This document shows positions 39,552 through 53,475 of a stretch of 64,000 nt of DNA, in pieces. The stretch is taken from NCBI RefSeq assembly GCF_006345805.1, contig NC_043009.1:58094001-58158000 (forward strand). Direction: 5' to 3'. Position 1 is the stretch's first letter; each line of letters begins with the position of its first letter. The translations under genes and the position numbers were made by a program. The notes under the pieces are model-generated. The model made no database searches. It was given only the letters and a program-made list of their open reading frames with translations, and was not told the DNA's origin. The stretch comes from Octopus sinensis. Its lineage: Eukaryota.

Positions 39552-39687
39552 ATTATTATTATTAATTTATGACTATTATTATTTTAGTATTAATTATTAT
39601 TATTAATTATTATTATTAATATTATGACTATATTATTATTATTATTATGACTATTATTATTATTATTAAAAAAAAATATAAAATTTA

Positions 39688-39719
<32 letters not shown>

Positions 39720-40152
39720 TATTATTATTATTATTATTATTCTTTTTATGTTTTTTTTTCCCCGCGCTCTTGTTTAATGTTGCTGTTGTTGATATCATTA
39801 ATTCTATTATTGCAGTTCTTGCTCTTGCTGTCATCGTCGTCGTCTTCCTCAGCCTCGTTGATGTTGTTGTCATCGTCATTGTGGTTTTCCTTACTGTCAT
39901 TTCTCGCACTTTTATAGCAATCCTTGTGAATGCATGACTCTGTCATGGCTGGCCGTTCTTGATGTCATCTTATGCTGTTGTTCATATCATTGTTCTCTTT
40001 CTTGATGTTGTCGTTACTGCAACTAATGTGTCATTTTCACCTTGTTGCAACTATTTTATTGATGCTTTTCTTGTTGTTAATGTTGTTATTGCTAATGTTG
40101 GTGATTTCTATGATTCCGCACATGCTTTTACTCTACTTTTACTACCAGTTTA

Positions 40153-40214
<62 letters not shown>

Positions 40215-40233
40215 TATCATTATTATTATCATC

Positions 40234-40300
<67 letters not shown>

Positions 40301-40345
40301 TGGTTGTTGTTCTTGTTGTTGTTATTGTTATTGTTATTGTTATTA

Positions 40346-40379
<34 letters not shown>

Positions 40380-40396
40380 ATCATTATTATTTTTTA

Positions 40397-40447
<51 letters not shown>

Positions 40448-40496
40448 TATCATTATTATATATTATTATTATTATTATTATTCATTATTATTATTA

Positions 40497-40527
<31 letters not shown>

Positions 40528-40544
40528 TCATTATATTTTTATTA

Positions 40545-40578
<34 letters not shown>

Positions 40579-41050
40579 CATTATTATATCATTATTATTT
40601 TTATTATTATTGTGATTTATTTTGCTCGTTTTGGTGCTGTTATGCATGATAATGCTATTGTAGTTTATATTGTCATTGATATTATCATCAGCGTCTTCTT
40701 CACCGGCATATCATCTTCGTATTTGATAACGATGGTGGTGGTGGTGGTCGCGGTGGGAAGTATAGTGTTGTTCTTTGTGACGGTGTTGATGTTGGTTTTA
40801 TGCCCATCATTATTTTTCGCATTCGTAACGATCTAAATGATGCTGTTGCTTTTCATTTCGATGATTTTGCAGGTGTACCTGTTGCAGCTACTACTACTAC
40901 TGCTACGGATGCTGCTGCTGCTGATGTCAACCACGTCGGTGATGACGAAGACAGTGACATTTGCGACGGCGAATATGACGTGTACGATGACGACGACAAC
41001 GGCGACGACGTTGATGAATATTCTTGTGATATTTCCATATTCTTTGTGTA
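39230..41050. repeat. Long (TAT)n arrays with degenerate (TGT/TGA)n triplet low-complexity sequence
   Basis: Direct inspection. Confidence 0.9.
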
Positions 41051-41151
41051 GAAATTTTTCCGAAGACTCGATTGTATGATAAGAGGGTTTTCTTGAGATA
41101 AGCTGTAGCAAGAGAGGAAAATGCAAAGTGAGAGAAAACATTACATGCCTA

Positions 41152-41184
<33 letters not shown>

Positions 41185-41813
41185 TCACATACACACACAC
41201 AAGCACGTGCGCACGCTCACGCACACACACACACACACACACACTTACACACACAAGCGCGCACACGCAGGCACACACATACTCACACATAGAAGCACGT
41301 GCGCACGCACACACGCACACACACACACTTACACACACACACGCACACGCAAATATAAACACACACCCAAGCATGCGTGCAGTCACACACACACAACAAC
41401 AGCAAAAGCGCACACGCACGCGTGCGCATGCGCGCACACGCATGGACACATACACATGCGAACATACACGCACACATACACACGCACATAAGCGCGCGCA
41501 CACACACATATATACATATACATATACATACACACACAAACACACGCATGCACACACACGTATACATATAGATGCACAATCACACACAGACACACCCATA
41601 TACATACATATACATATAAACATCCGTACACACACATACACAAACACACACACGTATATATACATAGGTACCTTATATCATTTCATATTTACAGAAAGAG
41701 AGTGGGAGTGAGGGACAAAGAAAGTGATCAGGAGGACATTAATATTGAAGAAGAGAAAGCGGAAGAGAGCGAGGAGAAGTGGGAGAGAAACAAAGAAAGT
41801 GTCAAAGAAGAAT

Positions 41814-41903
41814 GGCATATGGCGTAGTGGCTAAGGGTGCGGGATACTAACCCCAAGATTCCGATTTCGATTCCACGGACTGACCCGAATAATGATAATA
41901 ATG

Positions 41904-41964
<61 letters not shown>

Positions 41965-42157
41965 CAACAACAACATCGAAAAATACCTTAGGAATGAGAA
42001 CCCAGTTTCGAAATTTCCCCAAGACACCTGATGAAAGCTGGAGGGTATATCAGCAGAAACGTTGTGTTAACAACAAAGAAGATGAGGACAAATATCCGTC
42101 AAATGTAAATAAGGTAAACAATGTATATAATTCCTCATCTCTTAAGTATAGAACTGT
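41814..42157 (+). mobile_element. tRNA-derived SINE-like element carrying a hammerhead motif
   Basis: A box TGGCGTAGTGG (41820) and B-box-like GATTTCGATTCC (41863), an (AAT)n(AAC)n linker and a hammerhead. Flanked by direct repeat AAGAATG (41808 and 42158). Confidence 0.7.
42023..42068 (+). ncRNA. Minimal type I hammerhead motif
   Basis: GACAC-CTGATGA-aa-GCTG gagggtatat CAGC-a-GAAAC-GTT-GTGTT. Stem III is loopless and palindromic (AACGTT). The first pair of stem II is mismatched. Confidence 0.7.
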
Positions 42158-42320
42158 AAGAATGCATTACATCACTTGTTCCCTGTGTGTGTGTGTGTGT
42201 GTGTTTTACAAATTGAAATAATTCCTTCTGACTTTCCTTTATTTCTCCCACTTCCACCATTTGTCGCACCGTCTCCCTGGCTCCCACCCACTTTCTCTCT
42301 CAATATATAAATATGTTAAT

Positions 42321-42700
42321 GCGGCAAGCTGGCAGAAATGTTAGTACGCCGGGCGAAATGCTTAGCGGTATTTCTTCTGCCGCTACGAACTTTGCCTTTC
42401 ATCCTTTTGGGGTCGATTAAATAAGTACTAGTTACGCACTGGGGTCAATATAATCGACTTAATCCGTTTGTCTGTCCTTGTTTGTCCTCTCTGTGTTTAG
42501 TCCCTTGTGGGTAGTAAAGAAATAGAAATAGGTATTTCGTCTGTCTTTATGTTCTGAGTTCAGATATCGCCGAGATTGACTTTAACTTTCATTCTTTCGG
42601 GGTCGATAAATTGAGTACCAGTTGTGTACTTGAGTCGATCTAATCGACTGGCCCTCTTCCTCCAAAATTTTGGTCCTTGTGCCTAGAGTAGAAAAGAATA
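42321..42700 (+). mobile_element. SINE family A (dimeric)
   Basis: Family A head, core and tail. Confidence 0.85.
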
Positions 42701-42983
42701 TGTAAATATGTTCGAATGTATATATGCGTAAATAGTTATGAACACACACACACATAGTGAACCACACATACATAGAAACGCAGACACACACGCACACATA
42801 AACACACACATAAGGAGAGAGAGAGAGAGATGAGATATTTGGAGAAATTTGTCAAGAGACGGTTAAAATTATAAAGCTTCTCGGGGGAAAAGGAGACTGT
42901 GAGGTGATAGAGAGAAAGCGGCAACAACAAAGCATGTATGTGCATGTAAGTGTGTGTATGCACGTGTGCGTATTTGAGTTTGA

Positions 42984-43190
42984 CGCATAGGAGTGGCTGT
43001 GTGGTAAGTGGCTTGCTTACCAACCACATGGTTACGGGTTCAGTCCCACTGCCTGGCACCTTGGGCAAGCCTTGTGAGTGGATCTGGTAGACGGAAACTG
43101 ATAGAAACCCGATTTGTATATATATATATGTGTGTATTTGTGTGTCTGTGTATGTGTGTCCGTCATTGTCCCACCCTACCAATAACGCTT
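42984..43190 (+). mobile_element. SINE family C 5' half
   Basis: GGAGTGGCTGTGTGGTAAG...GGGTTCAGTCCC head. Confidence 0.75.
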
Positions 43191-43222
43191 GACATATACA
43201 GGTACATAACATGTAGACACGG

Positions 43223-43264
<42 letters not shown>

Positions 43265-43480
43265 TATATACTATATATATATATATATATATAGATAATA
43301 CCCTAGTAATAACATTAATATTTTATATCAGTATTCATCTATTCAGTATAATAAGACATCATACTTATGTCATTTACTATATATTCTATATTCTATATTA
43401 ATATTATAATAATATATAAATAAACATAATAAAAAACAGACAGAATTAAATTCCTATATAATAATATATATATATATATA

Positions 43481-43640
43481 GGTGGGAGTGGCTGTGTGGT
43501 AAGTAGCTTGTTTACCAACCACATGGTTCGGGTTCAGTCCCACTGCGTGGCACCTTGGGCAAGTGTCTTCTACTATAGCCTCGGGCCGACCAAAGCCTTG
43601 TGAGTGGATTTGGTAGACGAAACTGAAGGAAGCCGTCGTA

Positions 43641-43677
<37 letters not shown>

Positions 43678-43905
43678 AGTGTGTGTGTGTGTGTGTGTGT
43701 TTGTGTGTCTGTGTTTGTCCCCCTAGCATTGCTTGACAACCGATGCTGGTGTGTTTGTGTCCCCGTCACTCAGCGGTTCGGCAAAAGAGACCGAAAGAAT
43801 AAGTACTGGGCTTACAAAAAGTATAAGTGCCGGGGTCAAGTTGCTCGATTAAAGGCGGTGCTCCAGCATGGCCGCAATCACATGACTGAAACAAGTAAAA
43901 GAGTA
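43481..43905 (+). mobile_element. SINE family C, full length
   Basis: A box TGGCTGTGTGG, B box GGTTCAGTCCC, internal (TA)n(TG)n and tail GACTGAAACAAGTAAAAGAGTA. Confidence 0.85.
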
Positions 43906-44507
43906 ATATATATATATACGTATACAAGTACACACACAAACACATACACATACACTATCATATGTATGTGTAGATATACGTGTTGGAAATTACACGCGTC
44001 GACATCCGGAATTTGAAGTATATAATCATGAAATTGCGCTATGAATATTTAACGATGAACTAAAATGTTAAGAGCTAAAACTTCAGTCTTGAAGGTTACT
44101 GTAGCACAATAGTAAACATTTCACAGTCCTCACATATAAACGAATATATATGTGAATTGACCAGCCAGCGCTAGTATCTAACCCTGTTTCTGCCGAAAGT
44201 ATTTATCAGTTACTTTCATCAGCTAGCTTTGAAAGAGTGAAGCCGCAAAATAGCGAAGTAGCCGTCTCCAACATTTGCACATACAATGTAGGTAGTAACT
44301 GACTCGTTACAAAGCCACGAACTAACTGATATGGCCAAATGAATCGTGCAAAATGATAGGATTTCTAATCTCATTGTCTTGGGATTTCTAATCTCATTGT
44401 CTTCTTAAAAATTAGTTCCAATGAACGATAAGAACTATGCGTCCATACATATCATGTACTCGCAAATTTTCGTGTACGTATATATATATATATATATGTT
44501 ATATATC

Positions 44508-44559
<52 letters not shown>

Positions 44560-46171
44560 GTATATATGTCTCTATATATATACATATATATATATATATT
44601 ATATATATATATATTATATAATATAGACATATATTACTTTGCCACATACTGAACTCATTAGAAATAGCAGCTAAAGAAATTTCTTCAGCTATTTCTAATA
44701 CTTAAAGAAGATCTCTCTCAGATAGTGTTTGCCTAAACTAACTCACAAAAGTATGGGGGAAAAAAACATTAAAAAATCAAGTGCAAGGTTATTTGAGAAC
44801 GTACGTTTCTAGATTAGTCAATTCGACATTTCTTTCTCAGCTCAGAATTCTTGAATCGGATTTGGGAACACTGAAAGTCGGGAGCATACCCTTTCGGCTT
44901 CTAATCACCTCTAGAATGCTCAGAACTAAATTTATATATATATATTTATGCATACATATATACATACATACGTACTTGCATATATACATCCATACATATA
45001 TCTTCTGCTTATGACAGGTGATAGAAGCGTCAATCCAAGAGGTTCATCGTATTCTGTGTACAACGAATTGCCCCGAAACCCGTACGAGATAGGCAGATCC
45101 TTTGGCACTGAGGCACTAAAAGTGTCACCGAAAACTCCTATATATATATATATATATATATTGGCTAATTAGGAATTTTGTAATTGCAACAAATATGTAC
45201 TCGTACGTTAGTTTCCACACTCTGGATTCAGGGCCCAGATTTGGCAGATAAATTTTAGGGCCGGCAGGTTTAGCGAAGCAGTGTCAGCGTTATCCTCCCT
45301 CTTTTTATCGTTGCTGCAAGCACCAATATTCAGAGCTGATAACACGTCATACTGAACTATGTTATGTGTCGTGTTGCAGCTGAAAACTAAAACGAAAGCT
45401 ATACATTTTAGTAAGAGAAAACTTTCTTTGCCGATGATTGTGCCTTTAGCATATATATTGTACGCGGCATGCAGGAATATATAGATGTCTTATGTTTTTC
45501 CATAACATCTCTCTCTCTCTTTCTGTCTCGCTCTCTCTCCTTCACAAACACACACACACATACACACACGCACGCACACACACACACACACACACGCACA
45601 CACACACACACATACACATCAGTTTAATTTATACGATATCATTCCTGCAAAATCAGAGTTGTGAGTCAACCGGTGCATCACTGCGCTCATCATAGATTTG
45701 ACTTCCAACACAAGGCCGTTTCAATAAAAAATACATCGATGCAAACAAAAGCTAATTATTAACCAACAGCAAGAAAGAATTTAACTAGTGGTTAACACAT
45801 GAAAGGAACGTTCCTTTTATACAACGCTCTCTCTAACGAGTTCTTGCCTTAGAAGATATCGCAATAGAACTACGGACGTTGACATTTCTGAAGCTAACCA
45901 AAAATAACTGGTTGAAAATGTAAAATATCAATATATACAAAAATCTGTTGCAAATGTTTCTACGTCTGATGTTAGGAAAATTACGAGGCAAACTTATTCT
46001 TGAGAGAAAGTAACAAACTATTCGAAATAAGCATATTCTAATATGTTGTGTAACAGACCGTAGCACATACGCGGAATTTCAGATTACAAGTATGCCAATA
46101 TATACAAATTTATCATATTGTGTAGAGGTCTGGAATTTTTCCGAGAATCCCTGTCTGTGTGTGTGTGTCTG

Positions 46172-46202
<31 letters not shown>

Positions 46203-46282
46203 CTATGTATGTATGTATGTATGTATGTATGTATGTATGTATGTATGTATGTATATATCTATCTATCTATCTCTCTCTCTAT

Positions 46283-47084
46283 AGAGCGACGAAACCGTTC
46301 TGCACGCACTCGTTCAGTGTCCAACAATTTCCGACCTGTGGGCTTATGTCGAACAACTGCTGTCACGTGTGGGACGAGTCGGTTTATCAGCTGAGTCTAT
46401 CGTCAATATGTGTCACGCCTCCTTCCTTCCAAACGGGAAGAAAGCTATTTTCATCATCCTTGTGGCTATGGCGAAGGAATGTATCTGGTGGACGCGTCTG
46501 AAAGGATGGAGACAAACACTTTCCTCTCTGGTCAATCTCTCATCAACTTCTTCAAGTACCACTTGAAAAGGAAAGTGAGAGTAGAGAGGCAAGTTTTGTC
46601 TAGCGAATGTTTTAAAAAAAGATGGGTGAATGTAGCAGAATGGCACGTATGAATGACGAAGCCACCTTGAGCATAGTCCTATGAACCCGAAATCGAAAAC
46701 AGAGAGTTGCTTATTTGCAAAAAAAAAAAAAAAAAAGAAATATACAATGTGACTTCATTGACCGAGGTTACCGTGGTCTTTTCCGCAGGCTTTTCTTCCA
46801 CGGGTAAACCTCACCTGTCCTCCCCTTTACACTTCATATTGACATTTCTGTGATAACGATCCCTATTGATCATTTTTTTTCCTCTCCCCCCCCCCTTTTT
46901 TTTTTTTTTTAACCCCCCTTATTTTTGTCCTCTTTCTCTCCTTTTACGATCCCTTTTGATCGAACCTCCCCCTTCCTATTTTTTTTTTTTTTTTTTTTTT
47001 ATTTTTAATGCCTTCAAAAGAAAAGCTCTACCTTGTAATTTGTTCTATCTGTGTGCAGCCCTGTGTGGCTAATAAAGAAACATA
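46283..47084 (+). mobile_element. Tx1/L1-clade LINE 3' end in a (TCTA)n tract
   Basis: DETVLHALVQCPTISDLWAYVEQLLSRVG (end of the CCHC knuckle)...AKECIWWTRLK...LKRKVRVER...FKKRW. The 3'UTR ends AATAAAGAAACATA|TCTATCTA. Confidence 0.85.
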
Positions 47085-47899
47085 TCTATCTATCTATGAA
47101 GCTATCCATCTCTCTGTCTGTCTGGCTATCTGTCTCTTTGTCTGTCTATCCATCCATCCATTCATCTATCTATCTATCTATCTATCTATCTATATCTATC
47201 TATCTATCTATCATATATATATATACACATGAGTATATATGTATATATGTGTATATATGTGGATATTTTTATTTACACACACACATACACACACATACTC
47301 ATATTTAAATATTTTGCAATGTAATTCAAGTCGACTACAACTCATAAGAGTTATTTAATGAGTATCGCATAACAAATAGATATGAAAGCTCTTAGCGATA
47401 ATATCTTTAATACTTGCAAATGACAACTGCCGAAATCTACATTAATTCAGAAATCAGTAATTAGGACTTGGTTTGTATGCATAACTACATGTGAAGCATA
47501 TATTTTAGTCAGAAATAGAAAGACGATTCCAACGTCATCCTTTGTATTTATGCACACATCCAGTCAAAACGAACGTATAGCTAGTCAGTAAGACCATCAT
47601 ATGGCCCCGAGCATATGCACTATTAAGAAAACGATGTTAACCTAATCAAAACAAACCCCAATGGAGATATTCGTATCAAAAAATATATCGTTATGAGGAT
47701 ATGATAATTTTAAGAATATATGCAAGATATATTATATAACAAAGAAAGGAATCAACATATTTCACCAAAACCATTTGGCGAGTCATAAATGACTTTGATG
47801 TTATGAACAAATGAAAACATAGAGAGGAAATCTTTGAAGCAAAAACGAAATCTATGGAGAAAAATTTCCTCGTATTGCAATTTTGAGAAGCCTTTAGAG

Positions 47900-48185
47900 C
47901 AGTGGTCCCCAACCTTTTTCGGGCTGACTTGACTCCCAGGCCACATTCTAGTACCCCAACCCAACTAACCATGACAAATATAAACTTTTTTCTGAAGCAA
48001 ATTCAAAATTGTATTTCAGAAATACAAATTAACCTAACGTTTTAGATGAATCGCCACCCCATTATCGCCTCAATTTTTACATGAATCGCTACCCCATTAT
48101 CACCCCACTTTTCTTCAAAACCCACTTGGGACTTTCCACCTCCCCCTAGAGGGAGGCGCAATGCCGCCCACATTGAGAACCACTG
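47900..48185. mobile_element. hAT (Charlie-like) MITE
   Basis: TIRs CAGTGGTCCCCAA / TTGAGAACCACTG with a perfect 8-bp TSD CTTTAGAG. Confidence 0.9.
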
Positions 48186-48419
48186 CTTTAGAGACACGTC
48201 AGAGTGATCAGACATTGCAGATATTTCTTCTGGCTTCCCTTCAAATTTTGCCGATTAATATTTTAAGCAGTATTTCCTTTGTCAGAAATTTTAAAACTGT
48301 TATTTCTAAACTATCGTAAGTTAATTTGAGTTGAGATTGTTTTTTATTGCTTTCTATAATATATTTTCTTTTTCCTTACCCTCAAGATTTATTTAGAACA
48401 TTTAATATTACAACGAAGT

Positions 48420-48935
48420 AATTCTGCTGAGGTCGACTTAGCCTTTCATCCTTCCATGCTCGGTAAAATATGTACCAGTTGAGCACTGAGGTCTGTGTAA
48501 TTGACTTATCCCCTCTTTCGAAACTGCTGGCATTGTGCCAAAATTTGAAATCAATGTTATAATGAACTCGTCTTTACGTTCTTATTTCAAATTTCGCCGA
48601 GGTTGACTTTGTCTTTCATACTTTCGGGAATGATAAAGTAAATACCAGTAAGGTATTGAGGTCGATGTAATCAACTTAACATCTTTCTCGAAATACCCGG
48701 AACTCTGCCAAAATTTGAAATGAATACTGTAAAAGCATAAGACAGCGAACTGGCAGAGTCGTCAGCCCGCCAGGCATAATCCTTAGCAACATTTCGTCCG
48801 TCTTTACGTTCTGAGTTCGACTTTGGCTTTTATCTTTTCGAGATCGATAAAATAAGTACAAGGTGCGTACTGGTATCGATGAAATCGATTTACCCTTTTC
48901 TCGAAATTGCTGTCCAGGAATCAAAATTTGAAACT
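48420..48935 (+). mobile_element. Three decayed SINE family A fragments
   Basis: Repeated GAGGTCGACTT.GCCTTTCAT...CAAAATTTGAAA blocks. Confidence 0.7.
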
Positions 48936-49668
48936 GATATACCAAAGCACAAACATTCAGACCTTGTAATCAACGAGAAGGTAACATTTATAATAAAGAC
49001 CATAAATTTAATTTTAAGACATATAATACCAATCAAAACAAAAATAGGGCTAACCATTAAAAAGATCAGAGGCACCAAGAGACAAGCATGATTAACAAGA
49101 ATTACAGCATTAAAGTTCAGATTTGTGTACTATTCCCGCTTTAATTTTCTATCACTTATAATCTATAATTACACCTGTCAACTTATAAGAATCATATAAT
49201 TTCACTTCAATTACGTAGATGAATGAAACTTATTTCCTTTCTAATAGTTTAGACAGAAACTAATATAATAAATTGAAGTTAAATTATTACTTTATTAAGC
49301 TCTATATGCGAGATTCTTTGTTGTTTTCTGAGAACATGGCAAACCATTACCTCTTTTGAAAAAAATGGTGAGATCCGTAGGTAATTGAACACATGCTGCT
49401 TGAATATTCGAAGGGTGAGTTATAACTAACTTACACTATATAATCGGGACAGAGATAGAGACACTTACACTCATACGCGTGCGAACGTGCACACACACAC
49501 AGATACACACATGCACGCGCACACACAGTTTTCATATTATTATGCTGCCAATAAAACTTTCGTTTTTTAGTCGTCGCGAATGCCTTTTCGGATTACATTC
49601 CAAGTATGTATTTATGTGTTCATTTCAGTCGTTTTCATCTGTATATATATATATATATAATATATATA

Positions 49669-49722
<54 letters not shown>

Positions 49723-49754
49723 ATATATATATATATATATAATATATATATATT

Positions 49755-49788
<34 letters not shown>

Positions 49789-49789
49789 T

Positions 49790-51380
49790 AATTAATAAGT
49801 CAATCAATTGGTAAGTTAACCATCGCTGGCTCATCAATAGGGTATCTGGAAAGTGAACAATTATGAAAATATTAAACGTACCGAAAACACAAGGTAAAAC
49901 ACGAGCATTTAGTTCCATCTTTATACACCAAGAATTCAAGTCGAATGCCATCAAGCAACGTGCCGAGTCAGAACAGTACATCAGTGAAAAAATTCAACCG
50001 TGTATTATCTGGCCGAAGGATTGAAATATTTAACTATATAAGTACAAGGGTAAAAAATTATTAAAATAATCATTTATACCTGTGGATAGCACGCGTAATA
50101 AAAGTCGGAAGACATAAATATTTATATAATGTAAGAGAATATATGAATTTATACACGGAGCGAGGACCACCATGTGGACTCCTTACATGCTACAAAGGAC
50201 AGTCAAATTCCAAACCACGATGAAATATTCTCATTAATGGCACATTGCTTCTAGGCGAGCAGAACGCTTGAATAAATAAAAACGTCAGTTAACTCAAGAC
50301 CCATGAGTTTCAACATTAATGATAAAAAAAATCATATAGTAGCTCAATTAATTGATTAATTCACCATCTGTGGCTTGTCAGATGTGTCGCTGGAAAATTT
50401 ATAATTTGGAAACTGTAATACGTACCGAAAACCTACAAAGTAAACCCATGCACTTTCAGTTCCATCTTTATACATCAAGAATCCAAATCGAATGTCCTCA
50501 AGCAACGTGCCGAGTAAGATCAGTACATCAGTGAATAAATTCAACCGTGTATTACCTGGCCGAAAAATTAAGACATTTGACTATATAAATGCAAGGATTT
50601 TTATTCATTCAAATGTTCTGCTCGCCTCGAAGCAATGTGACATTAATGAGAATATTTCATCGTGGTTTGGAATTTGACTGTTCTTTGTAGCATGTAAGGA
50701 GTCCAGATGGTGGTCTTCGCTCCGTGTATAAATTTATATATTTGCTTACATTTTAAAAATATTCATGTCTTCTGACTTTTATTACGCATGCTATCCACAG
50801 GTATAAATGATTATTTTAATAATTTTAACCCTTGTATTTATATAGTTAAATATTTGAACCCTTCGGCCAGATAATACACGGTTGAATTTATTCACTGATG
50901 TACTGTTCTGACTCGGTATGTTGCTTGATGGCATTCGACTTGAATTCTTGATGTATAAAGATGGAACTAAATGCTCGTGTTTTTACTTTGTGTTTTCGGT
51001 ACGTTTCATAATTGTTCACTTTCTAGCGACTCTACTTTTGAGTCAGCGATGTCTAATTTACCAATTGATTGACTTATTAATTGATTTATTTGAAAATTTA
51101 TAGTGGAACGTATGGGTATAGTGTTAACTGACAATTTTATTTATTGAATTCTTCTGCTCACCTACATGCAATATGCCTATAATGAGAATGTTTTTTTCGT
51201 GATTTGGGATTAGACTCTTCTTTTTAGCATATAGGGTGTCCACATCGTAGTCTTTTCTTTGTGTATAATTTTTATACACTTACGTTATAAAAATATGTAT
51301 GTCTCCTAACATTTATTACGCATGCGAACCACCGGTATAAATTATTGTTTTAATAAATTTTACCCTTCTATTTATATATA
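49790..51380. repeat. Foldback array of a ~550-bp unit (arrangement > > < <)
   Basis: 49790-50282 is inverted at 50598-51082. A partial direct copy lies at 50345-50600 and a partial inverted copy at ~51140-51380. Confidence 0.9.
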
Positions 51381-51702
51381 GAGGATGTCCACAAAACACA
51401 CCATAATTTCAAACAGCTACAAATTTAACTTTATTGTAATAATCTTTCATAGTTATAACTTCAGATGCAGAATTACATTCAGTTTTATGTGGTATAAGGC
51501 AGTATTAATCTGCTCCCCTCCGGTTGCTCAGGAAACATCGATGCGATAGTCCAGTTCGGTTCATAGGCTCTGCAGCGTATCTAGAGTTAACATGCGAACT
51601 TCTTCAGTGTTCAAAATTTCCATCTCTTCCAGGGTTGCAGGCAGTGATGGTACGTAACCTGTGCTCTTCAAGTACCCGCAAAGAAAGAAGTCACAGATAC
51701 TA
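51381..51702 (-). mobile_element. Tc1/mariner-superfamily transposase C-terminal fragment with terminus
   Basis: SICDFFLCGYLKSTGYVPSLPATLEEM...TLQSL*TELDYRIDV..ATGGEQI matches the DFFLWGYLK..VY motif. Confidence 0.8.
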
Positions 51703-51869
51703 GCAGGACACCTATAAATATATTTGAAATACCTTAAATATCATAACATCGTGAAATCAGGTAATGTTTAAGTGGGCACCATGTATATATATTATATATA
51801 TATATATACATGAACCCATACAAACATACTAGCCCGAATGTATATATATATATATATATATATATAATA

Positions 51870-52160
51870 ATAAATATTAGGGAATGAATCCAAAATTACA
51901 GGGAAAAATCAGATTTAGGGTTAAATCCAATTTTATAGTAAAATATTATATAATATAATTCGAGACAAAACCGCTATTTTAAAACCAAACAAGGAAAGAC
52001 TTAATCAATACATAAAATTTTAATATAAATTAAATAAACCGCCACTACAAATGTTTCATGTCTGCTACCGACAATCTTCAGGTGGATTTTCGATCTAAAA
52101 ATATCAATATTTTAAAATATAATTTAAAATTATTTAAAATAATAAAATAATAAAATTATC
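51870..52160 (-). mobile_element. PLE terminal-repeat fragment
   Basis: Homologous to 14450-14605 and contains a hammerhead. Confidence 0.65.
52042..52085 (-). ncRNA. Type I hammerhead ribozyme motif, intact core
   Basis: CCAC-CTGAAGA-t-TGTC ggtagca GACA-t-GAAAC-attt-GTA-GTGG. Confidence 0.8.
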
Positions 52161-52320
52161 AATGAAAGAATATAAAAAAAAAATATAAAAAAATAAAAAT
52201 ATAATCTATATATAATCTATATATAATCAATATATATATATAATCTAATATATATATATATGCATTCGGGCTAGTATTTTGTATGAGTTGTAGTAAATAT
52301 ATATATATATATATATATAT

Positions 52321-52482
52321 ACGACTGGCTTCTTTCAGTTTCCGTTTACCAAATCCACTCACAAGACTTTGGTCGGCCCGAGGCTATAGTAGAAGACACT
52401 TGTCCAAGGTGCCACGTTGTGGGACTGAACCATGAACCATGTAGTTGGGAAGCAAGCTTCTTACCGCATGCCCACTCCTGCG
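52321..52482 (-). mobile_element. SINE family C 5' half
   Basis: Homologous to the head at 43481. Confidence 0.8.
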
Positions 52483-53475
52483 CATTACACACACACACAC
52501 ACGCACACACACACACGCACGCACACACACATACACATATATATATATATATGTTGTTTCAAATGAATATATATTGTCGTTTTATGAGAAGGTTTATATA
52601 AATCTTATTTAGATTTAAACTAAAATCTTCAATTTGGTAGTATTAGAGTATATATTAATATCAACAAAGTCATGTTTGGTAGTGACATCTACCAAGCGCA
52701 AACCTTGAAGACATTGTGACACTTCTTTCTTGTAAAAATTATTTTATACATACATTCATACATACTTACATACATTCATACATATATACAGCAAAAGTAC
52801 ATACATATATACATATATCGTTATTAAGAAAAAATTAGAACCATTATTATTAATTATTATTATTATTTTATTATTATTATCATCATCATCATCATCATTA
52901 TCATCATCATTACCATCGATGTTGTTGTTGTTGTTGTTAGGTTTATTGTTTTATTATTGTTGGTGTTGCTGTTTTGTCTATTGTTGGTGTTTTGAAGAAC
53001 AATTGTGTAACAACGTTTTACACTTCTAATTAAACATCTTTCATATTTCCGTATTATTCTTCCATTATGTTTTGTCTGGAACAATAAAGTCTCAAGATCT
53101 ATAGACGTGTTCACTTCTACTTAGACTTTATCTTTTTGGGTGAAATTATCTCAGCAAGTATGTATTATTACTGTTCGTTTATCGTGGGAATATAGTTGGG
53201 TCAGTTTCTTATTTGTTATCGCCAGACTTGAAATAGATTTTCTACGTGACGTCATGTTTTGTTCTTATTATCAGGAAATAGCAACACAATAAGCCATGAC
53301 CACGGGGATTGGTCGTGTAAGATTAATTAATAGCTAACTAAAACAGAAGGTAAATGACAAAGATGTAGGTACACCTGAGTATCAAACAAAACACTCTTGG
53401 GTAAATTTGATGCGGTCATTCGATCTGCACGTAATTGAAAAGAAAACGAACAACCAAATCGCTCTCAGTTTCACA

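Noticed and set aside
50885-50950. ATTCA-CTGATGT...TGAAT hammerhead-like segment in the foldback unit
   Set aside because: No GAAA half and a core mismatch.
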